Source of the DNA: the human T2T-CHM13v2.0 reference genome, Homo sapiens
Reading direction: 5' to 3' (one strand)
Assembly: GCF_009914755.1 (NCBI RefSeq)
Contig: NC_060940.1
Length of the DNA: 64,000 nucleotides
Shown here piece by piece: positions 14,601-27,577 of the stretch (its first letter is position 1; the number at the start of each line of letters is the position of its first letter). Both the position numbers and the translations under genes were made by a program. Under the pieces are notes generated by a model that was not told where the DNA came from, searched no databases, and saw nothing but the letters and a program-made list of their open reading frames with translations.

Positions 14601-17600
14601 TGATGTTTCCGTTCAATTCCATTCGATGATGATTCCATTCGATTCCATTCATTGAGGATTCCATTTGATTCCATTCAATGATGATTCCATTCTATTCCAT
14701 TCAATGATTGCATTCAATTCCATTCAATGATTATCCCATTAGAGTAAACTCAACGATTCCATTCAATACCATTCGATGATGATTCCTTTTGAGTCCATTC
14801 AATGATTTCATTCAAGTCCATTTGATGATTCCTTTCAATTCCATTCTATGATGATTCCATTCGAGTCCATTCGATGATTCCATTCGATTGCATTCGATGA
14901 TTCCATTATATTCCATTCAACGGTGATTCCATTCGAGTCCATTCCATGATTCCATTAGAGTACATTTAATGATTGCTTTGTTTTCAATTCGAAGATGATT
15001 ACATTGGATTCCATTCTATGATACCATTCGATTCCATTCAATGATGATTCCACTCAAATCCATTGGATGATTCCATTCGTGTCCATTCGGTGATTTCATT
15101 AGATTCCATTCGAGGATGATTCCATTCGATTCCATTCGATGATTCCATTCAATTCCATTCGATGATGATTCCATTCCAGTCCATATGATCATTCCATTTG
15201 ATTTCATTCGATGATGATTCCATTCGATTCGATTCGACGATTCCATTCTATTCCATTCGATGATGATTCCATTCGAGTCCATTCGATGATTCCATTCGAG
15301 TCCATTTAATGATTCCATTGGGTTCAATTCAATGATGATTACATTGGATTCCGTTCTATGATTCCATTCAATTCCGTTCATTGACAATTTGATTCCATTC
15401 GATGATGATTCCATTTGAGTTCATTCGATGATTCTATTCGATTCTCTTCGATGGTGATTCAATTCTATTATATTGGATGATTCCATTCGATTCCATTCGA
15501 TGTTGATTCAATTCGATTCTATTCGATGATGATTCCATTGGATTTCACTTGATGATTCTATTCGATTCCATTCAATGATGATTCACTTCTCGTCCATTGG
15601 ATGATTCCATTTCATTCCATTCGATGATGATTCCATTCGATTCCATTCGATGATTCCATTTGATTCCATGCGACGGTGAGCAATTCGATTCAATTCCATG
15701 ATGATTCTATTTGATTCAATTAGATGATGTTTCCATTCGAATCCATTCCATGATTATTCCATTGGAATCCATTCGGCGATGATTCCATATGAGTCAATTC
15801 AATGATGATTCCATATGTGTCCGTTCGATGATAATTCCATTTGATTTCATTCGATGCTTCTATTCTATTCCAGTCGATGATGATTCCGTTGGAGTCCATA
15901 CGATGATTCCATTTGATTTCATTTGATGATGATTCCATTCGATGATGATTACATTGGATTCCATTCTATGATTCCATTCAATTCCATTCGTTGATGATTC
16001 GATTCCATTCAATGATGATTCCATTTGAGTTCATTCGATGATTCTATTCGATTCCGTTCGATGGTGATTCAATTCTATTATATTGGATGATTCCACTCGA
16101 TTCCATTTGATGATTATTCCATTGGAGTCCACTTAGTGAATCCTTTAGATTCTACTCGACGATTATTCCATTCGAGTCCATTCAATGATACCATTCAATT
16201 CCATTCGTTGATGCTTCCATTCAAGTGCATTCGATGATATCATTCGATTCCATTTGATGATAATTCCATTTGATTTCATTCGATGCTTCTATTCTATTCC
16301 AGTCGATGATGATTCCGTTGGAGTCCATACGATGATTCCATTTGATTTCATTTGATGATGATTCCATTCGATGATGATTACATTGGATTCCATTCTATGA
16401 TTCCATTCAATTCCATTCGTTGATGATTCGATTCCATTCAATGATGATTCCATTTGAGTTCATTCGATGATTCTATTCGATTCCGTTCGATGGTGATTCA
16501 ATTCTATTATATTGGATGATTCCACTCGATTCCATTTGATGATTATTCCATTGGAGTCCACTTAGTGAATCCTTTAGATTCTACTCGACGATGATTCCAT
16601 TCGAGTCCATTCGATGATACCATTCAATTCCATTCGTTGATGCTTCCATTCAAGTGCATTCGATGATATCATTCGATTCCATTTGATGATAATTCCATTT
16701 GATTCCATGCGATGATTCTATTCGATTCCATTCAATGATAATTCCATTCAATTCAGTGATTCCTCTGGACTCCATTTGATGATGATTCCATTCAATGATT
16801 CCATTCGATTCTATTCGAAAATGATTCCATTTGAATCCATTTGATGATGATTCCATTAGATTCCATTTGATGATTCCATTCGATTCCATTCGACGATGAT
16901 TCCATTCGATTCCGTTTGATGATTCCATTCTATTCTATTCGATGATGATTCCATTCGATTCCATTCGATGATGATTGGATTCGATTCCATTTGATGATTT
17001 CATTTGATTCCATTCGTTAATGATTTCGATCAATTCCATTCGATGATTCCATTCGATTCCATTCGATAATGATTACATCCGAGTCCATTCGATGATTCCC
17101 TTTGAGCCTGTTCGATAATTCCATTTGAGTCCAACCAATGATTCCATTCATTTCCATTCAATGATTCCATTCGAGTCCATTTGATCATTCCGGTAGGGTC
17201 CATTCGATGTTGATTCCATTGGAGTGCATTCGATGATTCCATTCGAGTCCATTTTAGGATTTGATTCGAGTCCTTTCGACGATTCCATTCAATTCCACTC
17301 GATGATGATTTCATTCGAGTCCATTCGACACTTCCAATCGATTCCATTTGATGATTCCATTCGAGTCCAATTGATGATTCCATTCAATTCCATTCGATGA
17401 TGATTCCGTACGATTCCATTCTGTGATGATTGCATGTGATTGCATTCAATGATGATTCCTTTCGATTGCATTCGATTATGATTCATTTCGTGTTCATTCT
17501 ATGGTTCCACAGGTTTCCATTCGTGTCCATTCCATTATTCCATTCTATTCCATTTGATGATGATTCCATTCGATTCCATTCGTTGACTCCATTTGATCCC

Positions 17601-20600
17601 ATTCGATGATTTCCTTTGATTCCCTTTGATGATCATTCCATTTGATTCAATTCGGTGATTTCATTTGATTCCATTCAGTGATGTTTCCATTCGACTCCAT
17701 TCGATGATGATTCCATTCGACTCCATTCGATTATGATTTCATTCAATTCCATTCGATAATGATTCCCTTCGAGTCCATTCGATGATTCCATTCGATTCCA
17801 TTCAACGATGATTTGATTCGTGTCCATTCGATGATTCCATTTGATTCCACTTGATGATGATTCCATTCGAGTCCATTTGATGATTCCATTCAATTCCATA
17901 CTCCGATGATTTCTTTTGAGCCCACTCAATGCTTCCACTCGATTCCATATGATGATGACTCCATTCGATGAAATTCGATGATGATTCCATTCGCTTGCTT
18001 TCGATGATGATTCCACTTGAGTCCGTTAGAAGATTCTATTCAATTACATTCCAGGACGATTCCGTTCGAGTCCATTTGATGATTCCATTAGACTCCATTC
18101 GACGATGATTCCATTCGATGTTATTCGATGATTCCATTCGATCTCATTCGATGATGATTCCATTCAACTCCATTCGATGTTTCCATTCGAGTTCATTCTA
18201 TTATTCCATTAGATTCCATTCGATGATGATTCCATTCGATTCCATTTGATGATTGCATTCTATTTCATTTGATGATGATTCCATTCGAGTCCACTCGATG
18301 ATTCCATTCGAGTCCATTTAATGAATCCATTGGTTTCAATTCTATGATGATTACATTGGATTCCATTCGTTGATGATTTCATTCGGTTCCATTCAATGAT
18401 GATTCCATTCAATTCCTTTCAATGTTTCCATTCAATTCCATACGATGATGATTCCATTTGATTTGATTCGACAGTGAGCCATTCGATTCAATTCCATGAT
18501 GATTCTATTTGATTCCATTGGTTGACATTTCCATTCGATTCCATTCGATGATGATTCCCTTTGATTCCGTTCAAAGATGATTCCATTCTAGCCCATTCAA
18601 TCATTCCATTCGATTCTATTCAATGATGATTCCATTCATGTCGATTTGGTGATTCCATTTGACTTCATTTGATGATGATTCCTTTCAAGTTCATTAGATG
18701 ATTCCATTCGATTCCATTTGATGATGATCCCATTCGAGTCCATTCAGTGATTCCATTCGTTTCCATTCCATGATGATTCCATTACTTTCCATTCAATGAT
18801 TCCATTCGATTCCGTTTGATGATGATTTCATTCGAGTCCATTTGATGATTCCATTTGATTCCATTCGATGATGATTCCATTCGAGTCCATTCGATGATTC
18901 TATTCGAATCCATTTGATGATTTCTTTTGATTATATTTGGTGATGATTCCATTGGAGTCCATTCAATGATTCCATTCTATTCCAATCGATGATGATTCCA
19001 TTAGAGTCCATTTAATGATTCCATTTGATTCCAGTCTCTGATGATTACATTCGAGTCCATACGATGATTCCACTCAATTCCATATGATGATGATTCCATT
19101 CGATTCCATTCGGTGATTCCATTCTATTCTATTCAATGGTGATTCCATTCGAGTACATTAGATGATTCCATTCGATTCCATTCAATGATGATTCTATTTG
19201 TGTCCCTTAGATGATTCCACATGATTCCATTAGATGATGATACTATTTGAGCCCATCCAATGATTCCCTTCGATTCCATTCGATGAGGATTCCATTCGAT
19301 TCAATTCATTGGTGATTCTATTCAATTCAATTCTTTGATTCCATTCCATTCCATTCGACAATGATTCCATTCGATTTCTTTCGATGATTCCACTCGATTC
19401 CACTTGACATTGATTCCATTCGATTCCATTCAATGATTCCATTTGATTCCAGTGGATGATGATTGCCATCGATTCCATTCGATCACTCCATTCTATTCCA
19501 TTTGATGATGATTACATTCGATTCCATTTGATGATTCCATCTGATTCTATTCGAGGATTCCATTTGATTCCATTCGATGATGATTCCATTCGAGTCCATT
19601 CGATGATTTCATTCGAGTACATCCAATGATTCCATTCGAGTCCATTAGATGATTCCATTTGATTCCATTTGAAAATGATTCTACTAGAGTCCATTCAATG
19701 ACTCCATTCGAGTCCATTCAACAATTCCATTCGACTCCATTCGATGATTCCATTCGATTCCATTTGATGGTTCCATTCGAGTCCATTTAATCATTACAGT
19801 CGAGTCCATTTGGTGATTCCACTGGATTTCTTTTGATAATGATACCATTCAATTACATTTGATGATGATCCCATTCAATTTCATTTGATGATGATTCCAT
19901 TAGAGTCCATTCGATGATTTCATTCGAGTCCCTTCATTGATTCCATCCGATTTCATTGGATGATGACTCCATTCGAGTCCATTCGATGATTCCACTCGAT
20001 TCCATTAGATGATTCCATTGGAGTCCATTTGATTGTTCCATTCGATTCCATTCGATTCCTTTCGAAGATTATTCCATTTGAGTCCATTCGATGATGATTC
20101 CATTCCATTCCATTCGATGATTCCGTTTGATTCCATTCGATGATTCCCTTCGATTCCTTTCTTTGATGATTCCATTCCATTCCATTCAATGATTCCATTC
20201 GAATCTATTCCATGATGATTCCTTTCGATTCCATTCGATGATGTTTCCGTTCAATTCCATTCGATGATGATTCCATTCGATTCCATTCATTGAGGATTCC
20301 ATTTGATTCCATTCAATGATGATTCCATTTTATTCCATTCAATGATTGCATTCAATTCCATTCAATGATTATCCCATTAGAGTAAACTCAACGATTCCAT
20401 TCAATACCATTCGATGATGATTCCTTTTGAGTCCATTCAATGATTTCATTCAAGTCCATTTGATGATTCCTTTCAATTCCATTCTATGATGATTCCATTC
20501 GAGTCCATTCGATGATTCCATTCGATTGCATTCGATGATTCCATTATATTCCATTCAACGGTGATTCCATTCGAGTCCATTCCATGATTCCATTAGAGTA

Positions 20601-23450
20601 CATTTAATGATTGCTTTGTTTTCAATTCGAAGATGATTACATTGGATTGCATTCTATGATACCATTCGATTCCATTCAATGATGATTCCACTCAAATCCA
20701 TTGGATGATTCCATTCGTGTCCATTCGGTGATTTCATTAGATTCCATTCGAGGATGATTCCATTCGATTCCATTCGATGATTCCATTCAATTCCATTCGA
20801 TGATGATTCCATTCCAGTCCATATGATCATTCCATTTGATTTCATTCGATGATGATTCCATTCGATTCCATTCGATGATTCCATTCTATTCCATTCGATG
20901 ATGATTCCATTCGAGTCCATTCGATGATTCCATTCGAGTCCATTTAATGATTCCATTGGGTTCAATTCAATGATGATTACATTGGATTCCGTTCTATGAT
21001 TCCATTCAATTCCGTTCATTGACAATTTGATTCCATTCGATGATGATTCCATTTGAGTTCATTCGATGATTCTATTCGATTCTCTTCGATGGTGATTCAA
21101 TTCTATTATATTGGATGATTCCATTCGATTCCATTTGATGTTGATTCAATTCGATTCTATTCGATGATGATTCCATTGGATTTCACTTGATGATTCTATT
21201 CGATTCCATTCAATGATGATTCACTTCTCGTCCATTGGATGATTCCATTTCATTCCATTCGATGATGATTCCATTCGATTCCATTCGATGATTCCATTTG
21301 ATTCCATGCGACGGTGAGCAATTCGATTCAATTCCATGATGATTCTATTTGATTCAATTAGATGATGTTTCCATTCGAATCCATTCCATGATTATTCCAT
21401 TGGAATCCATTCGGCGATGATTCCATATGAGTCAATTCAATGATGATTCCATATGGGTCCGTTCGATGATAATTCCATTTGATTTCATTCGATGCTTCTA
21501 TTCTATTCCAGTCGATGATGATTCCGTTGGAGTCCATACGATGATTCCATTTGATTTCATTTGATGATGATTCCATTCGATGATGATTACATTGGATTCC
21601 ATTCTATGACTCCATTCAATTCCATTCGTTGATGATTCGATTCCATTCAATGATGATTCCATTTGAGTTCATTCGATGATTCTATTCGATTCCGTTCGAT
21701 GGTGATTCAATTCTCTTATATTGGATGATTCCACTCGATTCCATTTGATGATTATTCCATTGGAGTCCACTTAGTGAATCCTTTAGATTCTACTCGAGGA
21801 TGATTCCATTCGAGTCCATTCAATGATACCATTCAATTTCATTCGTTGATGCTTCCATTCAAGTGCATTCGATGATATCATTTGATTCCATTTGATGATA
21901 ATTCCATTTCATTCCATGCGATGATTCTATTCGATTCCATTCAATGATAATTCCATTCAATTCAGTGATTCCTCTGGACTCCATTTGATGATGATTCCAT
22001 TCAATGATTCCATTCGATTCTATTCCAATATGATTCCATTTGAATCCATTTGATGATGATTCCATTAGATTCCATTTGATGATTCCATTCGATTCCATTT
22101 GACGATGATTCCATTCGATTCCATTTGATGATTCCATTCTATTCTATTCGATGATGATTCCATTCGATTCCATTTGATGATGATTGGATTCGATTCCATT
22201 TGATGATTTCATTTGATTCCATTCGTTAATGATTTCGATCAACTCCATTCGATGATTCCATTTGATTCCATTCGATAATGATTACATCCGAGTCCATTCG
22301 ATGATTCCATTTGAGCCCGTTCGATAATTCCATTTGAGTCCAATCAATGATTCCATTCATTTCCATTCAATGATTCCATTCGAGTCCATTTGATCATTCT
22401 GGTAGGGTCCGTTCGATGTTGATTCCATTGGAGTGCATTCGATGATTCCATTCGAGTCCATTTTATGATTTGATTCGAGTCCTTTCGATGATTCCATTCG
22501 ATTCCACTCGATGATGATTTCATTCGAGTCCATTCGACACTTCCAATCGATTCCATTTGATGTTTCCATTCGAGTCCAATTGATGATTCCATTCAATTCC
22601 ATTCGATGATGATTCCGTACGATTCCATTCTGTGATGATTCCATGTGATTGCATTCAATGATGATTCCTTTCGATTGCATTCGATTATGATTCATTTCGT
22701 GTTCATTCTATGGTTCCACAGGTTTCCATTCGATGACGTTTCCGTTCGTGTCCATTCCATTATTCCATTCTATTTCATTTGATGATGATTCCATTCGATT
22801 CCATTCATTGGTGATTCCACTCAATTCCATTCAATGATTCCATTCCATTTCTTTCAACAATGATTCCCTTAGTTTCTATTCGATGATCCACTTGATTCCA
22901 TTTGGCGATGATTCCATTCGTGTCCATTTGATGATTCCATTTGATTCCATATGATGATGATTCCATTCGATTCCATACCATGATGATTCCATTCGAGTCC
23001 ATTCAATGGTGATTCCATTCAATTCCATTCGATGATTCCTTCCGATTCCATTCGATGATGATGGCATTCGATTCCTTTCAATCATTCCCTTTGATTCCAT
23101 TCAAAGGTGATTTCATTCAAGTCCATTCGATAATTGCATTCGATTCCATTCTATGATGATTCCATTCGAGTCCATTTGATGATTCCATTCAATTCAAGTC
23201 AATGATGATTCCATTCGATTCCACTCGATGATTCCTTTGGATTCCATTCGATGATGATTCCATTCAAATCCATTCGATAATTCAATTCAAGTCCATTCGA
23301 TGATGATTCCAATCGAATCCATTCAAAGATTCCATTCAATTCCATTCGATGATGATTCCCTTAGATTCCATTCGATGATTCCACTTGATTCCATTTACGA
23401 TGATTCCATTCGATTCCATGTGATGAATCCATTCAATTCTATTCAATGAT
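11682..23450 (+). repeat. Fused units U3+U4 (11,769 bp = 2x6,112 + 429 - 903 + 16 + 3)
   Basis: Tandem 429-bp duplication at 15827-16684, a 903-bp deletion near 17570 that removes the unit boundary, a 16-bp extra near 22731 and a 3-bp GAT extra near 23350. Confidence 0.88.
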
Positions 23451-26400
23451 GTTTCCATTTGATTCCATTGGACCATGATTGCCTTTGATTCCATTCAATG
23501 ATTCCATTCGGTTCCATTTGATGATGATTCCGTTCGATTCCATTTCATTATTCCATTTGATTCCATTGGATGAGTCCATTCGATTACATTCGATGATTAT
23601 TCCATTCGAGTGCATTAGATGATTGCATTCGAGTCCATTCGATGATTCCATTCGATTCCATTCGATGTTGATTCTGTTCAAATCCATTCGATGATTCCAC
23701 TCGATTCCATTCGATGACTCCATTTGATCCCATTCGATGATTTCCTTTGATTCCCTTTGATGATCATTCTATTTGATTCAATTCGGTGATTTCATTTCAT
23801 TCCATTCAGTGATGTTTCCATTCGACTGTATTCGATGATGATTCCATTCGACTCCATTCGATTATGATTTCATTCAATTCCATTCAATAATGATTCCCTT
23901 CGAGTCCATTCGATGATTCCATTCGATTCCATTCAACGATGATTTGATTCGTTTCCATTCGATGATTCCATTTGATTCCACTTGATGATGATTCCATTCG
24001 AGTCCATTTGATGATTCCATTCGAGTCTATTTATGTATTATATTCGTGTCCACTTCATGATTCCATTCAATTCCATTTAATGTTGATTCCATTTGATTCC
24101 ATTTGATGATTCAGTTCGATTCCTTGCAATGATTCCCTACGATTCCTTTCTCTGATGATTCCATTCGATTCCATTCATTGATGATTTCATTCGACTCCAT
24201 TCGATGATGATTCCTTTCGATTCCATTTGACGATGTTTCCATTCGAGTCCATTCGATGATGATTCTATTCAATTCTGTTCTATTATGATTCCATTCGATT
24301 TCATTCAATGCTTCTATTTGATTCCATTCGATGATGATTCCATCTCTTTCCCTTCGATGATTCCATTTGATTCCATTCAGTGATGATTCCATTTGATTCC
24401 ATCTGATGATGATTTCACTTGATTCCTTTCAATGATGATTCAATTCAAGTCCATTCGATGATTCCATTGGAGTCCAAACGATCATTCCGTTCGATTCCAT
24501 TCAATGGTGATTCCATTCATGTCCATTCGATGAATCCATTCAATTCCATTCGATGATGACTCCATTCGAGTACATTCGATGATTCCATTTGATTCCATTT
24601 GAAGATGATTCCATTCAATTCCATTCGAAGATGATTCCATTCAATTCCATTCGATGATGATTCCGTATGAATCCATTCTCTGATTATTCCATTCGATTCC
24701 ATTCATTGACGATTCCATTCAATTCCATTCAATGATGATTCTCTTCTATTCCATTCGATGATTCCGGTCGATTCCATTCGATGATGATTCCATTAGATTC
24801 CATTCGATTGTTGCATTCGATTCCCTTCGATGATGATTCCTTTGAATTCCATTCGATTATCATTCCGTATGAATCCATTTGATGATTATTCCATTGGATT
24901 CCTTTCAATGATGATTCCATTCGATTCCATTTGATGATGTTTCTCTTGTATTCCACTGGATAATTCCTTTCAGTTCCCTTCGATGATTATTCTTTCGAGT
25001 CAATTCGATGATTCTATTCCATTCCCTTCGATGATGATTCCATTTCACTCCATTTGATGATTCCATTCGACTCAATTTGGTGATGATTCAATTCGATGAC
25101 ATTCGATGACTCCATTCAATTTCATTTGATGATGATTACATTCGAGTCCATTTGATGATTGTATTCCTTTCCTTTTGATGATTATTCCATTCGTGTCTAT
25201 TCAAAGGTTCCATTCTATTCCATTCAATGATGATTGCATTTGATTCCATTCAATGATTATGGCTATCGATTCCACTCGTTGATTCCATTTGATTCCGTTC
25301 GATGATTATTCCGTTAGATTCCATTAGAAGACTCCATTCGATTTTATTCAATGATTCCAATGGATTCCATTCAATGATGATTCCATTCGACTCCATTCAG
25401 TGATTCCATTCGAGTCCATTTGATGATTCCATTCTTTTCCATTTGATGATGATTCCATTAGGGTCCATTCAATGATTCCATTCGAGTCCATTCGTTAATG
25501 CTTTTCGAGTCCTTTTGATCACTACATTCGAGTCCATTCAATGATTCTATTCGATTCCATTCCATGATGATTCCATTCGAGTTCATTCGATGATTGCATT
25601 CGAGTCCATTTGATGATTCCATATGATTCCCTTCGACAATGATTCCATTCGTGTCCATTTGATGATTCCATTCATTTCCTATCGATGAAGATTCCGTTCG
25701 AGTGTATTCGATGATTCCATTCAAATCCATTCGATGATGATTCCATTCCAGTCCATTCGATCATTCCACTTGATTCCATTTGATGACTATTCCATTCAAA
25801 TCCATTTGATGATTCCATTCGATTCCATTCGATGTTACCATTCGAGTATATACGATGATTCCACTCGATTCCATTTGATGATTATTCCATTGGAGTCCAC
25901 TTAGTGAATCCTTTAGATTCTACTCGAAGATGATTCCATTCGAGTCCATTCGATGATACCATTCAATTCCATTCGTTGATGCTTCCATTCAAGTGCATTC
26001 GATGATATCATTCGATTCCTTTTGATGATAATTCCATTTGATTCCATGCGATGATTCTATTCGATTCCATTCAATGATAATTCCATTCAATTCAGTGATT
26101 CCTCTGGACTCCATTTGATGATGATTCCATTCAATGATTCCATTCGATTCTATTCGAAAATGATTCCATTTGAATCCATTTGATGATGATTCCATTGGAT
26201 TCCATTTGATGATTCCATTCGATTCCATTCGATGATGATTCCATTCGATTCCTTTTGATGATTCCATTCTATTGTATTCAATGATGATTCCATTCGATTC
26301 CATTCGATGATGATTGGATTCGATTCCATTTGATGATTTCATTTGATTCCATTCGATAATGATTTCGATCAATTCCATTCGATGATTCCATTCGATTCCA

Positions 26401-27577
26401 TTCGATAATGATTACATCCGAGTCCATTCGATGATTCCATTTGAGCCCGTTCGATAATTCCATTTGAGTCCAATCAATGATTCCATTCATTTCCATTCAA
26501 TGATTCCATTCGAGTCCATTTGATCATTCCGGTAGGGTCCGTTCGATGTTGATTCCATTGGAGTGCATTCGATGATTCCATTCGAGTCCATTTTAGGATT
26601 TGATTCGAGTCCTTTCGATGATTCCATTCGATTCCACTCGATGATTTCATTCGAGTCCATTCGACACTTCCAATCGATTCCATTTGATGTTTCCATTCGA
26701 TTCCAATTGATGATTCCATTCAATTCCATTCGATGATGATTCCGTACGATTCCATTCTGTGATGATTCCATGTGATTGCATTCAATGATGATTCCTTTCG
26801 ATTGCATTCGATTATGATTCATTTCGTGTTCATTCTATGGTTCCACAGGTTTCCATTCGATGATGTTTCCATTCGTGTCCATTCCATTATTCCATTCTAT
26901 TCCATTTGAAGATGATTCCATTCGATTCCATTCATTGGTGATTCCACTCAATTCCATTCAATGATTCCATTCCATTTCTTTCAACAATGATTCCATTAGT
27001 TTCTATTCGATGATCCACTTGATTCCATTTGACGATGATTCCATTCATGTCCATTCGATGATTCCATTTGATTCCATATGATGATGATTCCATTCGATTC
27101 CATACGATGATGATTCCATTCGAGTCCATTCAATGGTGATTCCATTCAATTCCATTCGATGATTCCTTTCGATTCCATTCAATGATGATGGCATTCGATT
27201 CCTTTCGATCATTCCCTTTGATTCCATTCAAAGGTGATTTCATTCAAGTCCATTCGATAATTGCATTCGATTCCATTCTATGATGATTCCATTCGAGTCC
27301 ATTTGATGATTCCATTCAATTCAAGTCAATGATGATTCCATTCGATTCCACTCGATGATTCCATTGGATTCCATTCGATGATGATTCCATTCAAATCCAT
27401 TCGATAATTCAATTCAAGTCCATTCGATGATGATTCCAATCGAATCCATTCAAAGATTCCACTCAATTCCATTCGATGATGATTCCCTTAGATTCCATTC
27501 GATGATTCCACTTGATTCCATTTACGATGATTCCATTCGATTCCATGTGATGATTCCATTCAATTCTATTCAATGAT
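23451..27577 (+). repeat. Unit U5 (4,127 bp), variant carrying the divergent island
   Basis: Landmark ORFs 23439 and 27566 are 4,127 apart; canonical positions ~570-4400 are replaced by other HSat2 sequence (net -2,001 bp). Confidence 0.88.
24021..25852 (+). repeat. Divergent HSat2 island, copy 1 (~1.83 kb)
   Basis: Begins tcgagtctatttatgtattatattcgtgtccacttc and ends ttcgagtatatacg. Its motifs (gattccctacgattcctttc, ggctatcgat, ccattagggtcc) are absent from canonical units. Confidence 0.88.

Noticed and set aside
1-17500. True 11,681-bp dimeric higher-order repeat
   Set aside because: U1 and U3 share the offset, but their 429-bp gains are different events and U4 lacks the U2 deletion, so the dimer is not repeated.
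24021-25852. Island as a transposon insertion
   Set aside because: It is itself CATTC satellite, has no poly-A tail, terminal repeats or target-site duplication, and replaces sequence rather than simply inserting.
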